A stretch of 64,000 nt of DNA from the human T2T-CHM13v2.0 reference genome, Homo sapiens: assembly GCF_009914755.1 (NCBI RefSeq), contig NC_060930.1. The stretch is one strand, 5' to 3'. The notes beneath the pieces are model-generated. The model worked only from the letters and a program-made list of their open reading frames with translations, was not told where the DNA came from and searched no databases. The position numbers and the translations under genes are program-made. Position 1 is the first letter of the stretch. The number at the start of each line of letters is the position of its first letter. Below, one piece after another: positions 13,013-25,600 of this stretch.

Positions 13013-14612
13013 CATCCACTGTATCCCAGCACCCACTCTATCCCAGCACCCGCTCTATCCCAGCACCCACTGTATCCCAGCACCCGCTCTATCCCAGCAC
13101 CCGCTCTATCCCAGCACCCACTGTATCCCAGCACCCGCTCTATCCCAGCACCCACTGTATCCCAGCACCCACTTCATCCCAGCACCCACTCTATCCCAGC
13201 ACCCGCTCTATCCCAGCACCCGCTCTATCCCAGCACCCACTGTATCCCAGCACCCACTCTATCCCAGCACCCGCTCTATCCCAGCACCCACTGTATCCCA
13301 GCACCCGCTCTATCCCAGCACCCACTCTATCCCAGCACCCACTCTATCCCAGCACCCGCTCTATCCCAGCACCCACTGTATCCCAGCACCCGCTCTATCC
13401 CAGCACCCGCTCTATCCCAGCACCCACTGTATCCCAGCACCCGCTCTATCCCAGCACCCACTGTATCCCAGCACCCACTTCATCCCAGCACCCACTCTAT
13501 CCCAGCACCCACTCTATCCCAGCACCCACTCTATCCCAGCACCCACTTCATCCCAGCACCCGCTCTATCCCAGCACCCACTTCATCCCAGCACCCGCTCT
13601 ATCCCAGCACCCACTCTATCCCAGCACCCACTGTATCCCAGCACCCGCTCTATCCCAGCACCCGCTCTATCCCAGCACCCGCTCTATCCCAGCACCCACT
13701 GTATCCCAGCACCCGCTCTATCCCAGCACCCACTCTATCCCAGCACCCGCTCTATCCCAGCACCCACTTCATCCCAGCACCCACTCTATCCCAGCACCCA
13801 CTCTATCCCAGCACCCGCTCTATCCCAGCACCCACTTCATCCCAGCACCCACTCTATCCCAGCACCCACTCTATCCCAGCACCCGCTCTATCCCAGCACC
13901 TGCTCTATCCCAGCACCCACTCTATCCCAGCACCCGCTCTATCCCAGCACCCACTTCATCCCAGCACCCACTCTATCCCAGCACCCACTCTATCCCAGCA
14001 CCCACTCTATCCCAGCACCCACTGTATCCCAGCACCCGCTCTATCCCAGCACCCACTGTATCCCAGCACCCACTCTATCCCAGCACCCGCTCTATCCCAG
14101 CACCCACTTCATCCCAGCACCCACTCTATCCCAGCACCCACTGTATCCCAGCACCCGCTCTATCCCAGCACCCACTGTATCCCAGCACCCACTCTATCCC
14201 AGCACCCGCTCTATCCCAGCACCCACTTCATCCCAGCACCCACTCTATCCCAGCACCCACTGTATCCCAGCACCCGCTCTATCCCAGCACCCACTGTATC
14301 CCAGCACCCACTCTATCCCAGCACCCACTTCATCCCAGCACCCGCTCTATCCCAGCACCCGCTCTATCCCAGCACCCGCTCTATCCCAGCACCCACTGTA
14401 TCCCAGCACCCGCTCTATCCCAGCACCCACTGTATCCCAGCACCCGCTCTATCCCAGCACCCACTCTATCCCAGCACCCGCTCTATCCCAGCACCCACTG
14501 TATCCCAGCACCCACTCTATCCCAGCACCCACTGTATCCCAGCACCCACTCTATCCCAGCACCCGCTCTATCCCAGCACCCACTCTATCCCAGCACCCAC
14601 TCTATCCCAGCC
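13013..14612 (+). repeat. 17-bp minisatellite (VNTR), ~94 copies, consensus ATCCCAGCACCCACTCT
   Basis: ATCCCAGC recurs every 17 bp from 13023 to 14604; four interspersed variants ending CCCACTCT, CCCGCTCT, CCCACTGT or CCCACTTC. Confidence 0.99.
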
Positions 14613-15027
14613 CCTGATACATAGACACTTGTGGAAGGAAGAAGGGAGGAAGGAAAGAGGTCAAGAGACAAAGGGAAGAGAAGGAAGACAGCACTCTGCA
14701 TCTGTTCCAGTCTCTGGAGGAGCAAACAGCAGCAGTGAGCCCGGTCCAGGCTGCCCGTGTGGACGCGCACCAGTGAGCAGAGCCGGAATCTTTCCAGGCC
14801 TCTCATCTCATTTGCACCCTGATGTGCCCATCCGCTGGAGGTGGCCCTACTAAGCGTCAGCTATGCACCAGCCCCACAATCATGCTTTGACCTGTCATTC
14901 AGTCTCCACCACAGCCTTACCACTTAGATCACCTTCGGATCACTCTACAGAAAAACGAGCCTCTGAGAGCTTAACTTGCCCAGAATATTTCTGGCCTCAT
15001 CCAAATGTCAGTGTTTTTTGCTGTACA

Positions 15028-15205
15028 CAGTTGAGTTGCCAGATAAAACACAGAACCTTCAGTTATATATGAATTTCAGATCAACAATAAATACTTTTTA
15101 GTATAAGTATGTTCTAAATATCACATGGAACTTATACTAAAAATAAAAACATCTCTATTTCATCAGAAATTCAAGTTTAGCTGGGCTTCTTTATTTGCTA
15201 AATCT
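15028..15205. mobile_element. MER3-like hAT-Charlie fossil
   Basis: gttgccagataaaacacag...tgaatttcagatcaacaataaatactttttagtataagtatgt. Confidence 0.7.
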
Positions 15206-16085
15206 CCTACTATTTGATCAATCACAGTACCACACTGAAGTACACAGGCCAGAGAGGTATGCATGTTCAGTTCCTCAGACAGCTACTGACATACAAATGG
15301 CACCTTCTTCCCTGCCTGAGCCTCCAGAGACATCCAAAACCCTGCGGTTGGCCAGCTGCAGGGCCAAGTACAGTTCTAAGGGAATTTCATTTCCCCTGGA
15401 AACTAAGGCGCTTTCTTCCTCCCTTGGCTCTTAGAAGTACCACCCCACGGCCTCGTCCCTGTTCCTGTGACTGACTGCCAATCACCTTTACCAACCCACC
15501 CGCCCTATAATTCTGACATGAGTGTCACATTCCCTTGGAGCCACCTGGAAATGTCTGGAAATACCTTTGCCCTAGAGAGTAGTGGTATCACCTAATAGGA
15601 GTTATTTGTTTGCTGGTTTGTTTATTTCTTCCTACTTTCCATTTTAATCACCTTTTTATATCAGTCCCAAAGCTTTTGCTTGTTCTTATTATCATGAAAC
15701 CTTCTTTCTTACCTTTTCTCTATTAGAATTCCTGCAGGCATTTGTTTTATTATCATCCTTTATTCTGTATGTTAAATATATTATATGTGCTCTTTTACTC
15801 TTATTCATGAAAATTAATTAGAACAAATACACAAGCCAGAAACACACTTGTGAGTCCAAGACTTTTGTGATTTATTTGCCATCCCATCCGAAGGCATCTT
15901 TGCTTCTATTATCAAATGGTTGCTGAACTTCCTGTGTCTGAGAAGAAACTGGCTTGAGAAAACCAGTGCTTCATTTCTCAGATTCTATTTGATGCAAGAA
16001 TAGGAGAAACACTGTCAGCCACAAGATCGACAACCTAATCTTTCACTCAACTTGTTGATTAAGACTGTCTTTTACATTAAGTACT

Positions 16086-16381
<296 letters not shown>

Positions 16382-16759
16382 TTAAGCACCATTTTTAAAA
16401 AACAGGGTGGCAGCGAATAAAGCAAATCTCACACAAGATTGTACGTCTCTCTCATCCTCCGACCTCTATGTAACTCTGGAGTTTCAGTAACTGTTTGATG
16501 GAAACATGGGGCTGGGTTGTTCTGGGGCAGGCACTACCTTCTGTGGCCTGTTCAAAAGTCACTTGTGTAGAGAATGTGACTCCTGCCCCGAAGCATCCTA
16601 TGTCCAGGGATTTTTTCCTTTATCCTAATATGTTACTGAAGCTCTAAGTACCAACGCTGACACCTTCAATGAAACCTTTTAACATTGGACAGTGTGGTGG
16701 TTTAAGAGGACATGTGGGGTCAAACGACAGCTCAGCCACTTCCTGGCTGTGTGAAAAAC

Positions 16760-17146
16760 TGAATGGTTTGTATCTGTGTCCCCACACAAATCTCATCTCG
16801 AATTGGAATTCCCACATGTGGAGGGAGGGACCTGTAATACCCATGTGTCAAGGGAGGGAGGTGATTGGATCATGGGGGCAGCTCCCCCCGACCCATGCCG
16901 TTCTCATAATAGTGAGTGAGTTCTCATGAGATCTAATGGCTTCATAAGTGTTCAGAATCTCCTCCTTCGTTTTTCTCTCTCCTGTCACCTTGTGAAGAAG
17001 GTGCCTACTTCCCCTTCCACCATGACTGTAAGTTTCCTGAGGCCTCCCCAAACATGCAGCACTATGAGTCAATCAAACCTCTTTCCTTTATAAATTACCC
17101 AGTTTCAGGGATGTTCTTTACAGCAATGTGAAAACAAACTAATACA
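16760..17146 (+). mobile_element. THE1/MST (MaLR) solo LTR inserted in a MIR
   Basis: tgaatggtttgtatctgtgtcccc...tgtgaagaaggtgcc...taagtttcctgaggcctcccca...aaactaataca; MIR halves on both sides. Confidence 0.9.
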
Positions 17147-17989
17147 CCAACCTTGGGCAAATTATGTAATTGTGCCTGGTCCCCTCATTGGATGAAATAA
17201 GGCCATTAAGACAGAAGTGAGGATTCAAAGAAAGAAGATACACAGAACACTTGGAGTGATGCCTGGCAGATGAGATGTTTAATGAATGTCCATCTTTTTT
17301 TTTATCAGAATAATCTCAATCCAATCCTGCTTTCTTCATTATGTAACTCAAACTTTATGAAAAGACATTTAAAGTTAATTTTTCTAGGCCGATATTTTCC
17401 TATTGAGGTGATAGGTGTTTTTCCTAGCATAAATTAGTAGCCTAATTGCCCCTACAGCCATATAAATTAAATCATATTAAAATTGGGTGAATAGAGTGAA
17501 AGAGAACAAACTGAGATTCAAATACATATGTTCTAGGTCTCAACTCTGATAATAACCAGCCTTGGGTCCTCACGCAACCTACTTCGTTTCCTTAGCACTC
17601 TCCTTAAGTATATGCAATAAGAAATCACCTTTGCAACTCTTTCCAGCATTAAAATTAAATTCTCTGAAGTGTCAGGATAGGCAGACTATAACTACTCCGT
17701 ATTTGTTAAGAAAAGATTGTGAGTAATGCAGAGAATGTACACTAAAGAGATTACCTCCATCGAGACCACATTGTTTTTAAAAATAAAAACAAAACTCTGT
17801 AATTAGAAACTTAAAGTGGTGACTAAATTGCTCAAAACAACTGGAGAACCACAGGAATGTGTCTGGGAAGCTTGTCCATCAGGTAGTTCATGTTATTTTC
17901 ATGCCCACATCTAGTAATGCCCACTAGTCTAGTAAGGTCTGGCTGCTGGTGGAAACAGGAGTCAGGGACTCCCCCTGAAACTTATCCTG

Positions 17990-18177
17990 GGGAATAAAAC
18001 ATCTAAATTTCCACTGGATTTAATGCTGTGTCCCCAACTCCATGTCCAGTGACATCACATAGATAGCTTGAAGTTGACCAGCATTTACACCATAGAAATC
18101 CACGAACACCACAACTCAGGGTGTTTCACCTCCACCCATGCCCCAGAGCTGGTTGTTAAACATTTCCCAGCACACCT
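17990..18177. mobile_element. MER63-like hAT fossil
   Basis: Terminal gctggttgttaaacatttcccagcacacc and catttacaccatagaaat. Confidence 0.55.
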
Positions 18178-19322
18178 TATTGGATGTTCAGTTTGGTCCA
18201 ACTGAACTGTACAAGTTCAAACCACAAACTGGAACCCATCTTGAATTGGTCTTCCTCTTCATGAGATCCTTTATAGGGACTGACTGCTGAATTGAGATAG
18301 CACTTATTCTACCTCTCTCAAAATATGTATAAATTATATACAATACATACGGATGACAGATGTATTGTGTATATGTGTGTATGAACATATATTGGAAATT
18401 AATAACTATTTTATAGAAGAACAAAGGCCTGGTTTGAAGTGAGAACCAGGACAAATAAATAAAAGATGCTTACTTCAGAGCATATTCAGTTATCTTGCCT
18501 AGCCTCATGCTTAAATCTCTACCTTTCCCTCCATTATTGGCTGATTGGTTTGTTCATTCTTCCTCTCTTTCTTCCTTTCACATTCACTCTCCTCCTTGTT
18601 CTGGGAAGAATTTATGATGCATATCTGTATGTTACCTTGTTATAATGTTGATGCACAAGGCTAGCCTTTAAACATGGACAGAACACATGAGCAGAGAGGT
18701 AGCAGGGGGCGGGCAGAGATTTCAGACAAAGGCAACAAGATGAAAGCAGGAATCACAACATTAATTTCAAGAAAGAAGTAGTTTAAAGGTATTTAAAGGG
18801 CTTTTTAAAACATTAAGCAAGATTAAGACTATATAACAGTCACAAACATGTGTTTCCCCCCAAAAAAAAATTATAGAAGAATTTAACACACTCCTCAGAG
18901 AATTAGACATCAATTTTAAAAGGACAAGATAGTATCTCATCATAATGCAATAAAATTAGAAAAATACAATAAAAAGAACAGCAAAAATAGTTTAATTACT
19001 TAGGAACCAAAATATATCTTTCTACATAATCATGTTAATAAAATTAGAACTTGAACTTAAAATTAAATATATGTAGAAAGCAATCCAATAATTGCTCTCT
19101 AGATATATTTATATGTAGAGATATAGCTAAAGCAGTACTAACTACTTGATCTTAAGAAATTAGAAAAAAGGCTATGAAAATAAAGCCAAAATTTTTTAAA
19201 AGTAGAGAGAATCAATAAAGACATTTGCTGAAATTAATAAAAATAAGAAAAAAGTAGTAGAAAATATAAATTTTAAAGGTGATTATTTGGAAAGAATTAA
19301 AATAGGTCTCCATGGGTGTGAT

Positions 19323-19480
19323 GGAGCATAAACAGGGGGAGCATAAACAGGGGGAGCATAAACAGGGGGAGCATACAGGGGGAGCATACAGGGGGAGCAT
19401 AAACAGGGGGAGCATACAGAGGGAGCATAAACAGGGGGAGCATAAACAGGGGGAGCATAAACAGGGGGAGCATACAGGGA
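19323..19480 (+). repeat. 15/13-bp minisatellite, 11 units (GGGGGAGCATAAACA / GGGGGAGCATACA)
   Basis: Read directly: 7 long and 4 short units, inside the L1M. Confidence 0.97.
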
Positions 19481-20861
19481 AGAAAAAATACGAATATGGA
19501 AGGGATTATAAGAATAATAAGTCAGTAGCATGTGTAACTCTGAGGCAATGAAGTTGAAATCTACAAAAAAATTGTAATTTTCTAGCAAATACAAAATGCC
19601 AACATCTCCCCATGAATGAAGAAAAAATTTTAATATATTACTACCATAGGAGACATTTAAAGAATGATTAAAGACCTACCATTGAAAAAGATCCCAGAGT
19701 CAGCTGGCTTCAAAGCTAAGTCCTACTAATATTTCTTTACGGTTAATTTTAACGTAATACGTATTTGTGTATGAGAATTTCCCCAACTCATTCTCTAAAA
19801 TTAATGTGTTCTTAATAACAAAACTTGATAAAAAAATTAGTGTAGTACCTAAGATAACCCTATAAATAAATATCTTTTATGAGTAAAAACTGTGCTAAAA
19901 TTCTGAATAAAAAATTAACATGAAATTCAGCATCTAAAAAGAACAGAGTTTCATCAAGTCAGCTTTACACCAAGAATGGCCCGGTGCTCACTATGAGAAA
20001 ACATATCAACATAATTTATTATATCCACAAGAAGAAGAATCATATAAACATACCAACTGAGACCAGAAGAACTTTTATAAAACTGAAACAGCTGCTTCTA
20101 CCAAAGCCTCAGTTAAATGGAAATAGAAACGGAATATTTTATATATAATAGAGGATCCTTACCCAAATCCAACTACCACCATGATTGTAAGTGGAAAAAT
20201 GCTAAAAGCTAAAGTCATTTCCACTAAAATCAGGAACAGGCAGGGGTTCCCCCATCACCAGTGCTATTCAGCATAGTTTTAGCAGTCTGGAAAATGACAT
20301 AAGGAAAGAAAACAGTACATTTAAGCATTGGAAGAGTATAGATACCTTTTTTTTCGCTAGTAATACGATTTTATACACATAAAATTCAGCACTTAAAGGG
20401 GGGGTGGGGAATGCCATTAGAATTCATTGAAGAATTTGGTAAGGATCTATGTACACAATAAACATATGAAAATCATTAACATTTTTTCTATACTGATATT
20501 AAAGATCTAAAAATTGATATTAGGGAAATGCTAATTCATAACAGGGAATAAGTCTATAAAAGAAGACAAAATCTGATAGGAAATGTTGTTCAGGGTATGT
20601 GTAGAAAACTGTAAAATCTTATTGAAGGAAGAAGGCTTAATATTATAACATGTCAATATTTCTAAAAATTAATATATAATTTCAATTTAATCCTAGTGGA
20701 TTCAGGGGAAATGTGAGTTGAATACAGTTATCTTAAAGTTCATATGGAAAAGTAAGTGCCCAAAGATAACAAAGATAAAAGGTTTTAGGACTTGGGGGGT
20801 GAAGGGGTTGCCTTGCCAGCTACTAAGACATACAAGAAAGTCACTATAAATGATATTGACA

Positions 20862-21024
20862 TAGAGAAAGGCAAACAGGCCAATGAGACAAAACAGAAAA
20901 TCCAGAAACAGATCTAGAGAAAGGCAAACAGGCCAATGAGACAAAACAGAAAATCCAGAAACAGATCTAGAGAAAGGCAAACAGGCCAATGAGACAAAAC
21001 AGAGAATCCAGAAACAGATCTAGA
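20862..21024 (+). repeat. 53-bp tandem triplication of L1 ORF2 sequence
   Basis: TAGAGAAAGGCAAACAGGCCAATGAGACAAAACAGAAAATCCAGAAACAGATC at 20862, 20915 and 20968; TAGA microhomology at the ends. Confidence 0.97.
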
Positions 21025-22216
21025 TTTACATGAGAGTGTAATAAATGGTACAGTTGGTATTTTAGTTTGGTGGGTAGAGTTTATCAAATGAATGATGTTG
21101 GCACAAATGGCTCTCCATCTGGAACAAAAGAGAATTGAAGCACCACCCACACTACACGGAAAACTAACACTAAAGGAAGTAAAGGTTTAAGTATTAAAAA
21201 AAGTAATTAACAATAACAGTAATTTAGAGTAAATTTTAGGAGAATATACATATGACCTAGAGAATAGGTAGATCTTTTAACAAACAAGCAAGCAAAACAG
21301 AAGAAAAGAAAAAAAGGTGGTAGGAGCTCAGAAGGTATACAGAAATACACATATATTTATTTATAGAGGATGTATTTATATAGAGAGTATAATTATATAT
21401 ATACTTGATTGCCTACAGAAAAAAATTAAATATCTAAGATAAAAATATAGTGCTAATAAAATCAAAAGAAAAATGATACACTGGGTACAAATATCTGTAC
21501 TGCACATTTTAAAGGGAATTATCTGTAGATAAAGGCAATTGTCCATAATATACACAGAGCTTTCACAGATTGTTAAAGACATACAACCTAAAAGTAAAAT
21601 GGGCAAAAGAAATGAAGTGATTTGCAGAACATACCCAAATGGTCAGCAGACATATAAAAAAATGCTCAGCTCCATTGGTACTTAGGAAAATGAAAATGAG
21701 TAACTCTCAACAAGGAAAAACATTTGAGCTTGGTGACACTGCAGCAGCAGGGAAGCTGGTTAGGAGCACTCACAGACTTCTGCTGGAAATGTCAGCAGCG
21801 GCTGCCTTGCTGCAAAAGCATGACAACATCTATTCAAACAAGCCTAGAGAAATACATGCTGTTCAACCTAGCAAGCCCACTGCCAAAAATCTAGTCTATG
21901 AAAATAAAAGCATCATGGGTCAAAGATTTTCACATCACAGCAATTGCATAGTAGCCAAAAAGTTTTGAAAGAAAGAGAGGACTAAATAAATATCAAAATA
22001 GATACTTGAATAAATTTTATAAATGCATACATTGAAATATTATATAGTCACTAAAAAGAGTGAGTTGTATAGCAGCTTTCTCTATAATAGCACCAATCTG
22101 AAAACAGCCCAGGTGTCTATCAATGAGAGAATGAACAAACTAAGTGTGGTATATTCATAAAATGGAATACTGCTCAAGGGGAGAAAAAGCTGGGAAGAAA
22201 CCCTGATATTGTAAGG

Positions 22217-22258
22217 ACTTCATATATATCATGACTTCATATATGATATATATGAAGT
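22217..22258. repeat. perfect 16-bp inverted repeat, 10-nt loop
   Basis: ACTTCATATATATCAT / ATGATATATATGAAGT. Confidence 0.9.
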
Positions 22259-22741
22259 TTTAGACGCAGCAAAACTAATCTATGGTAGGAAACATCAGAA
22301 TACAGTTTGTCCCTGGGTGGGGGAATTGGGAATTCATTGGGTGGGGGGGCACAAGGGTACCTTTTGGGGTTATAGTGTTGCTCTGTATCTCAATAGGGAT
22401 TTCGGTTACACAAATGTATGCCATCATCCAAACTCATCAAATAATTTGCTCAATATTAGTGCTTTAGAATGTAAATAAAATTTACCTTGAAGGAAAAAAA
22501 TATTGAACACTAGCTAATGGCATGTGTGCAAAGTGTTTAGGGGGAAGTATGCTGAGAAGTCTGCAACTTTCCTTGAAATACATTCCCCCAAAATAAGATG
22601 GATTGGATGGTTACAGAGATGGATAGATGGAAAATAAGTATAAGTAATAGGTTAATGGTAGAATCGAGGTAGTGGGCATAAGGGTGTTTTCTGTAAAATG
22701 TCTTCTTTTCTGTATGTTTAACACGCATCATCTACGCTTCA

Positions 22742-22788
22742 TTTGGCATAGATCTAACAGAAAAAGAATCTGCTAGATCTATGCCAAA
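22742..22788. repeat. 20-bp inverted repeat (1 mismatch), 7-nt loop
   Basis: TTTGGCATAGATCTAACAGA-aaaagaa-TCTGCTAGATCTATGCCAAA. Confidence 0.92.
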
Positions 22789-23212
22789 AGGCTCGAGGAG
22801 TATCTATAATGAGATATGCAAGTCCTAGCAAAAGTGCATGGAATAAGGATTCTATTTTTTTAGAATAAACAATGACAAAAATACAATCATGTATGTGTGT
22901 GGGTAGCTACCCAAATAACCCCATATAGTTCTATGATCATGAAGATAATTATATAAAGAGCCTGGGGAATGGAGGTGGAGAAGCGCGAGGTGAAAGGTGA
23001 GGGTGAATATACTCATGCACACAAAGAGATGCAAGAAGCATGGGCCTCAACTCAGCATCAACAGACAGGGCTAGCACAGTTCCAGATCACTGTAATTTCT
23101 TTACAATTTTCTATACTGTTTAAAAGGTCTTTCTACAATAATCATTTATCATTTATGTAATCAAAAAGTTATTTTTATTATTTTAGTTTACATGCCTTTG
23201 TGGAATATGAGT

Positions 23213-23216
23213 GGTG

Positions 23217-23247
<31 letters not shown>

Positions 23248-23254
23248 TGTGTGT
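23213..23254 (+). repeat. (GT)n microsatellite
   Basis: Interrupted GT run. Confidence 0.95.
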
Positions 23255-23968
23255 ATTTGGGAAAAGGGTTTAATATCTCTTATTGATCTTACTGTCAACT
23301 GATGTGTTTATTCAATTGAATGGTGGCAGGCTTATTATCTACTGCTACACATGCTGTGAGAACAGAAATCGTTGTTTATCAAAGCCTGGGATTGCCATAA
23401 AATTAACTTTTTGTTTCTCTTCAAATATGATAAAACACGGCAACAATAAAACACTCTCATCAAATGAAAAAAAAAAGCTATTTTTAATTTGGATCAACAT
23501 GAAAACAAACAAAAGAGAATTTTATATTCTTGTTCTTAAAGGGACCTGGGAAATCATCAGGACCCCAGAAAACCGGGAACCACTCCTGCCCACAAGACCT
23601 AGAGAAGTTTCTTGTCTTCTCAGCTCCATGCTGCAACTGGCATGAATTCCACTCTGGAAACAGATACATTCACCACCAAGGTTTGCTTTCCATGTTGTCC
23701 AATAAGCCAGAACTGGAACAACTAAGAAGGCTGTAGACAGCCAGCTTTGTCAACCACCCAAGGACATTTGCAAGCCTGGAGGTTCAATAGAATTTACAGC
23801 TACAGTCTGAGGAGCTCATCCTGCAGGCCTGGCCTGAGGCCATCTTACTCTTAGACTCGGTTTCTTGAAGAGCTCATCGGGCAGGCTGCTGCACAGCTCA
23901 TGGTGTGACTGTCCCCAGCTGTATCCCTCAGGTCATTGCAAGTGAAAGAGCATAAAAGAGAGTGCAGG

Positions 23969-24262
<294 letters not shown>

Positions 24263-25414
24263 GAGGGTGCAAGGAGGCCTTTTGACAAGGGACTGATCCC
24301 GAAAGGAGCCTATAAGGGTTATGGGGCATGGAACGGTGCTGACGTGTGGGCACAGAACAGAGCTCTTCTACCACTCCTGGGCCAAAGGGCAAGGGCAGGC
24401 AGCCGTTCCCATGCCTGGGGATGGAGGGCTCCAGGAGGGACCTTCCCCAACCAGAGCTGAGACCGGGCTCTGAGGGAAGCCGCCCACTCAGGCCCCTCTG
24501 GGAGACAGCAGGGTCCGTTTAACCCCAGCCTGACCTCCTTGTTCAACACCATCACCCGCCCCAGCTCCTACTTGGCCAAACTCACACTGGCACAGAGCGC
24601 AGTGGGGAAGGCTGGAGCGAAAACTGGAGAGGCCAAGGAAGGCTTCCAGTGCTGCAGGCTTCTAGGATCTACACCAGCAGCAGCGGTAGCAGCCTACCCA
24701 GGTCCTGCTTGCATCCGCCTGCAACGTGGAGTGAGATTCTAACCAGTTGAGCAACTGCTCCCTCTTCCCTCCCAAACCCAAGAGACACACAGGAAAGTCA
24801 AAGTAATCCACAGAAACACGCATGGATCTTGAGTCAGAAGAATGCACCTTGCTTTCCTGCTCTCCTGCCTCTTTGTGAATGCCTAGCTCTTCTGAAGTGG
24901 CCCAGTGGGTTAGAGTGAGAAGAATGAGGCCAACAGCAAAGTCTGAGGACGACGAATTCTCAGGGCAGCACAAAGGGGGAGCAACTTCCCCTCTGTACCT
25001 TGCCTGCCTCACTCTGGCCCTGGCCCTGTCCAAGAGCAAGACATAAATACACCAACACACTATTTGGGTATACAGTAAGCTCAGTCTGTAAACAACCGCT
25101 CTTATGCCAGGTGACATCCTGACATGTATGTCACTGTGACAGCTGACAATGAAGTGGTGTTTTTTTTTTCAGCACCTCTCTATAAAAAGCTGCCTCACCT
25201 GGGCAACCTGAGTGCCAGTTGATCTGAGCTGAACAAGCTCAGTAATTTAAAACAAATGTCTCAAATGCCATTCATATCTTTCCCTTGAAATGGAAGTGCA
25301 GCCAGAAACACTTCCTACTTAGAGCGTCTAAGAAACAGCCTGGAGAATTGAAGCTGTTCTTCCTGCTATTGTGTGTAGTAGAGGAGTGAAGAACCTGGTC
25401 AGGAGGCAATTGCT

Positions 25415-25600
25415 CGATGCCACTGGCTGTGTGACCTTGGACCAGTGACTTAACTGATCTGAACCTCGACCTCATCTTTAAAATGGAGATAACAACGGAG
25501 TTGGCCTAGGAGGGTAATTGAGAGGTTTAAATGAGATAGTGTAAATAATGCCTGGCACATGAGAATCAACCAGTGTCAGCGATTTTATTGTTGCTATTTA
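25415..25600. mobile_element. MIR
   Basis: ctggctgtgtgaccttggaccagtgacttaac...aaaatggagataac...tgcctggcacat. Confidence 0.8.

Larger units (their letters stand above)
18640..22720 (+). mobile_element. long degenerate L1M (ORF2 to 3' UTR, fragmented)
   Basis: A-rich, with ordered L1 landmarks: ccccaactcattct, ccactaaaatcaggaacaggcagggg, ctaaagttcatatggaaaa, aaaatgggcaaaaga, tgtggtatattcataaaatggaatact. Confidence 0.75.

Noticed and set aside
12941-14853. 558-aa and 636-aa Pro/Ser/His-rich ORFs
   Set aside because: The 17-bp unit has no stop in any + frame, so long ORFs arise automatically. They have non-ATG or weak starts and no domain or splice context.
18698-18714. CTCF-like AGCAGGGGGCG
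   Set aside because: Lacks the key 5' CC of the core motif; too weak to call.
19212-19594. YAPPV/EHKQG repeat peptides resembling extensin or His-rich proteins
   Set aside because: Translations of the 15-bp minisatellite inside a dead L1.
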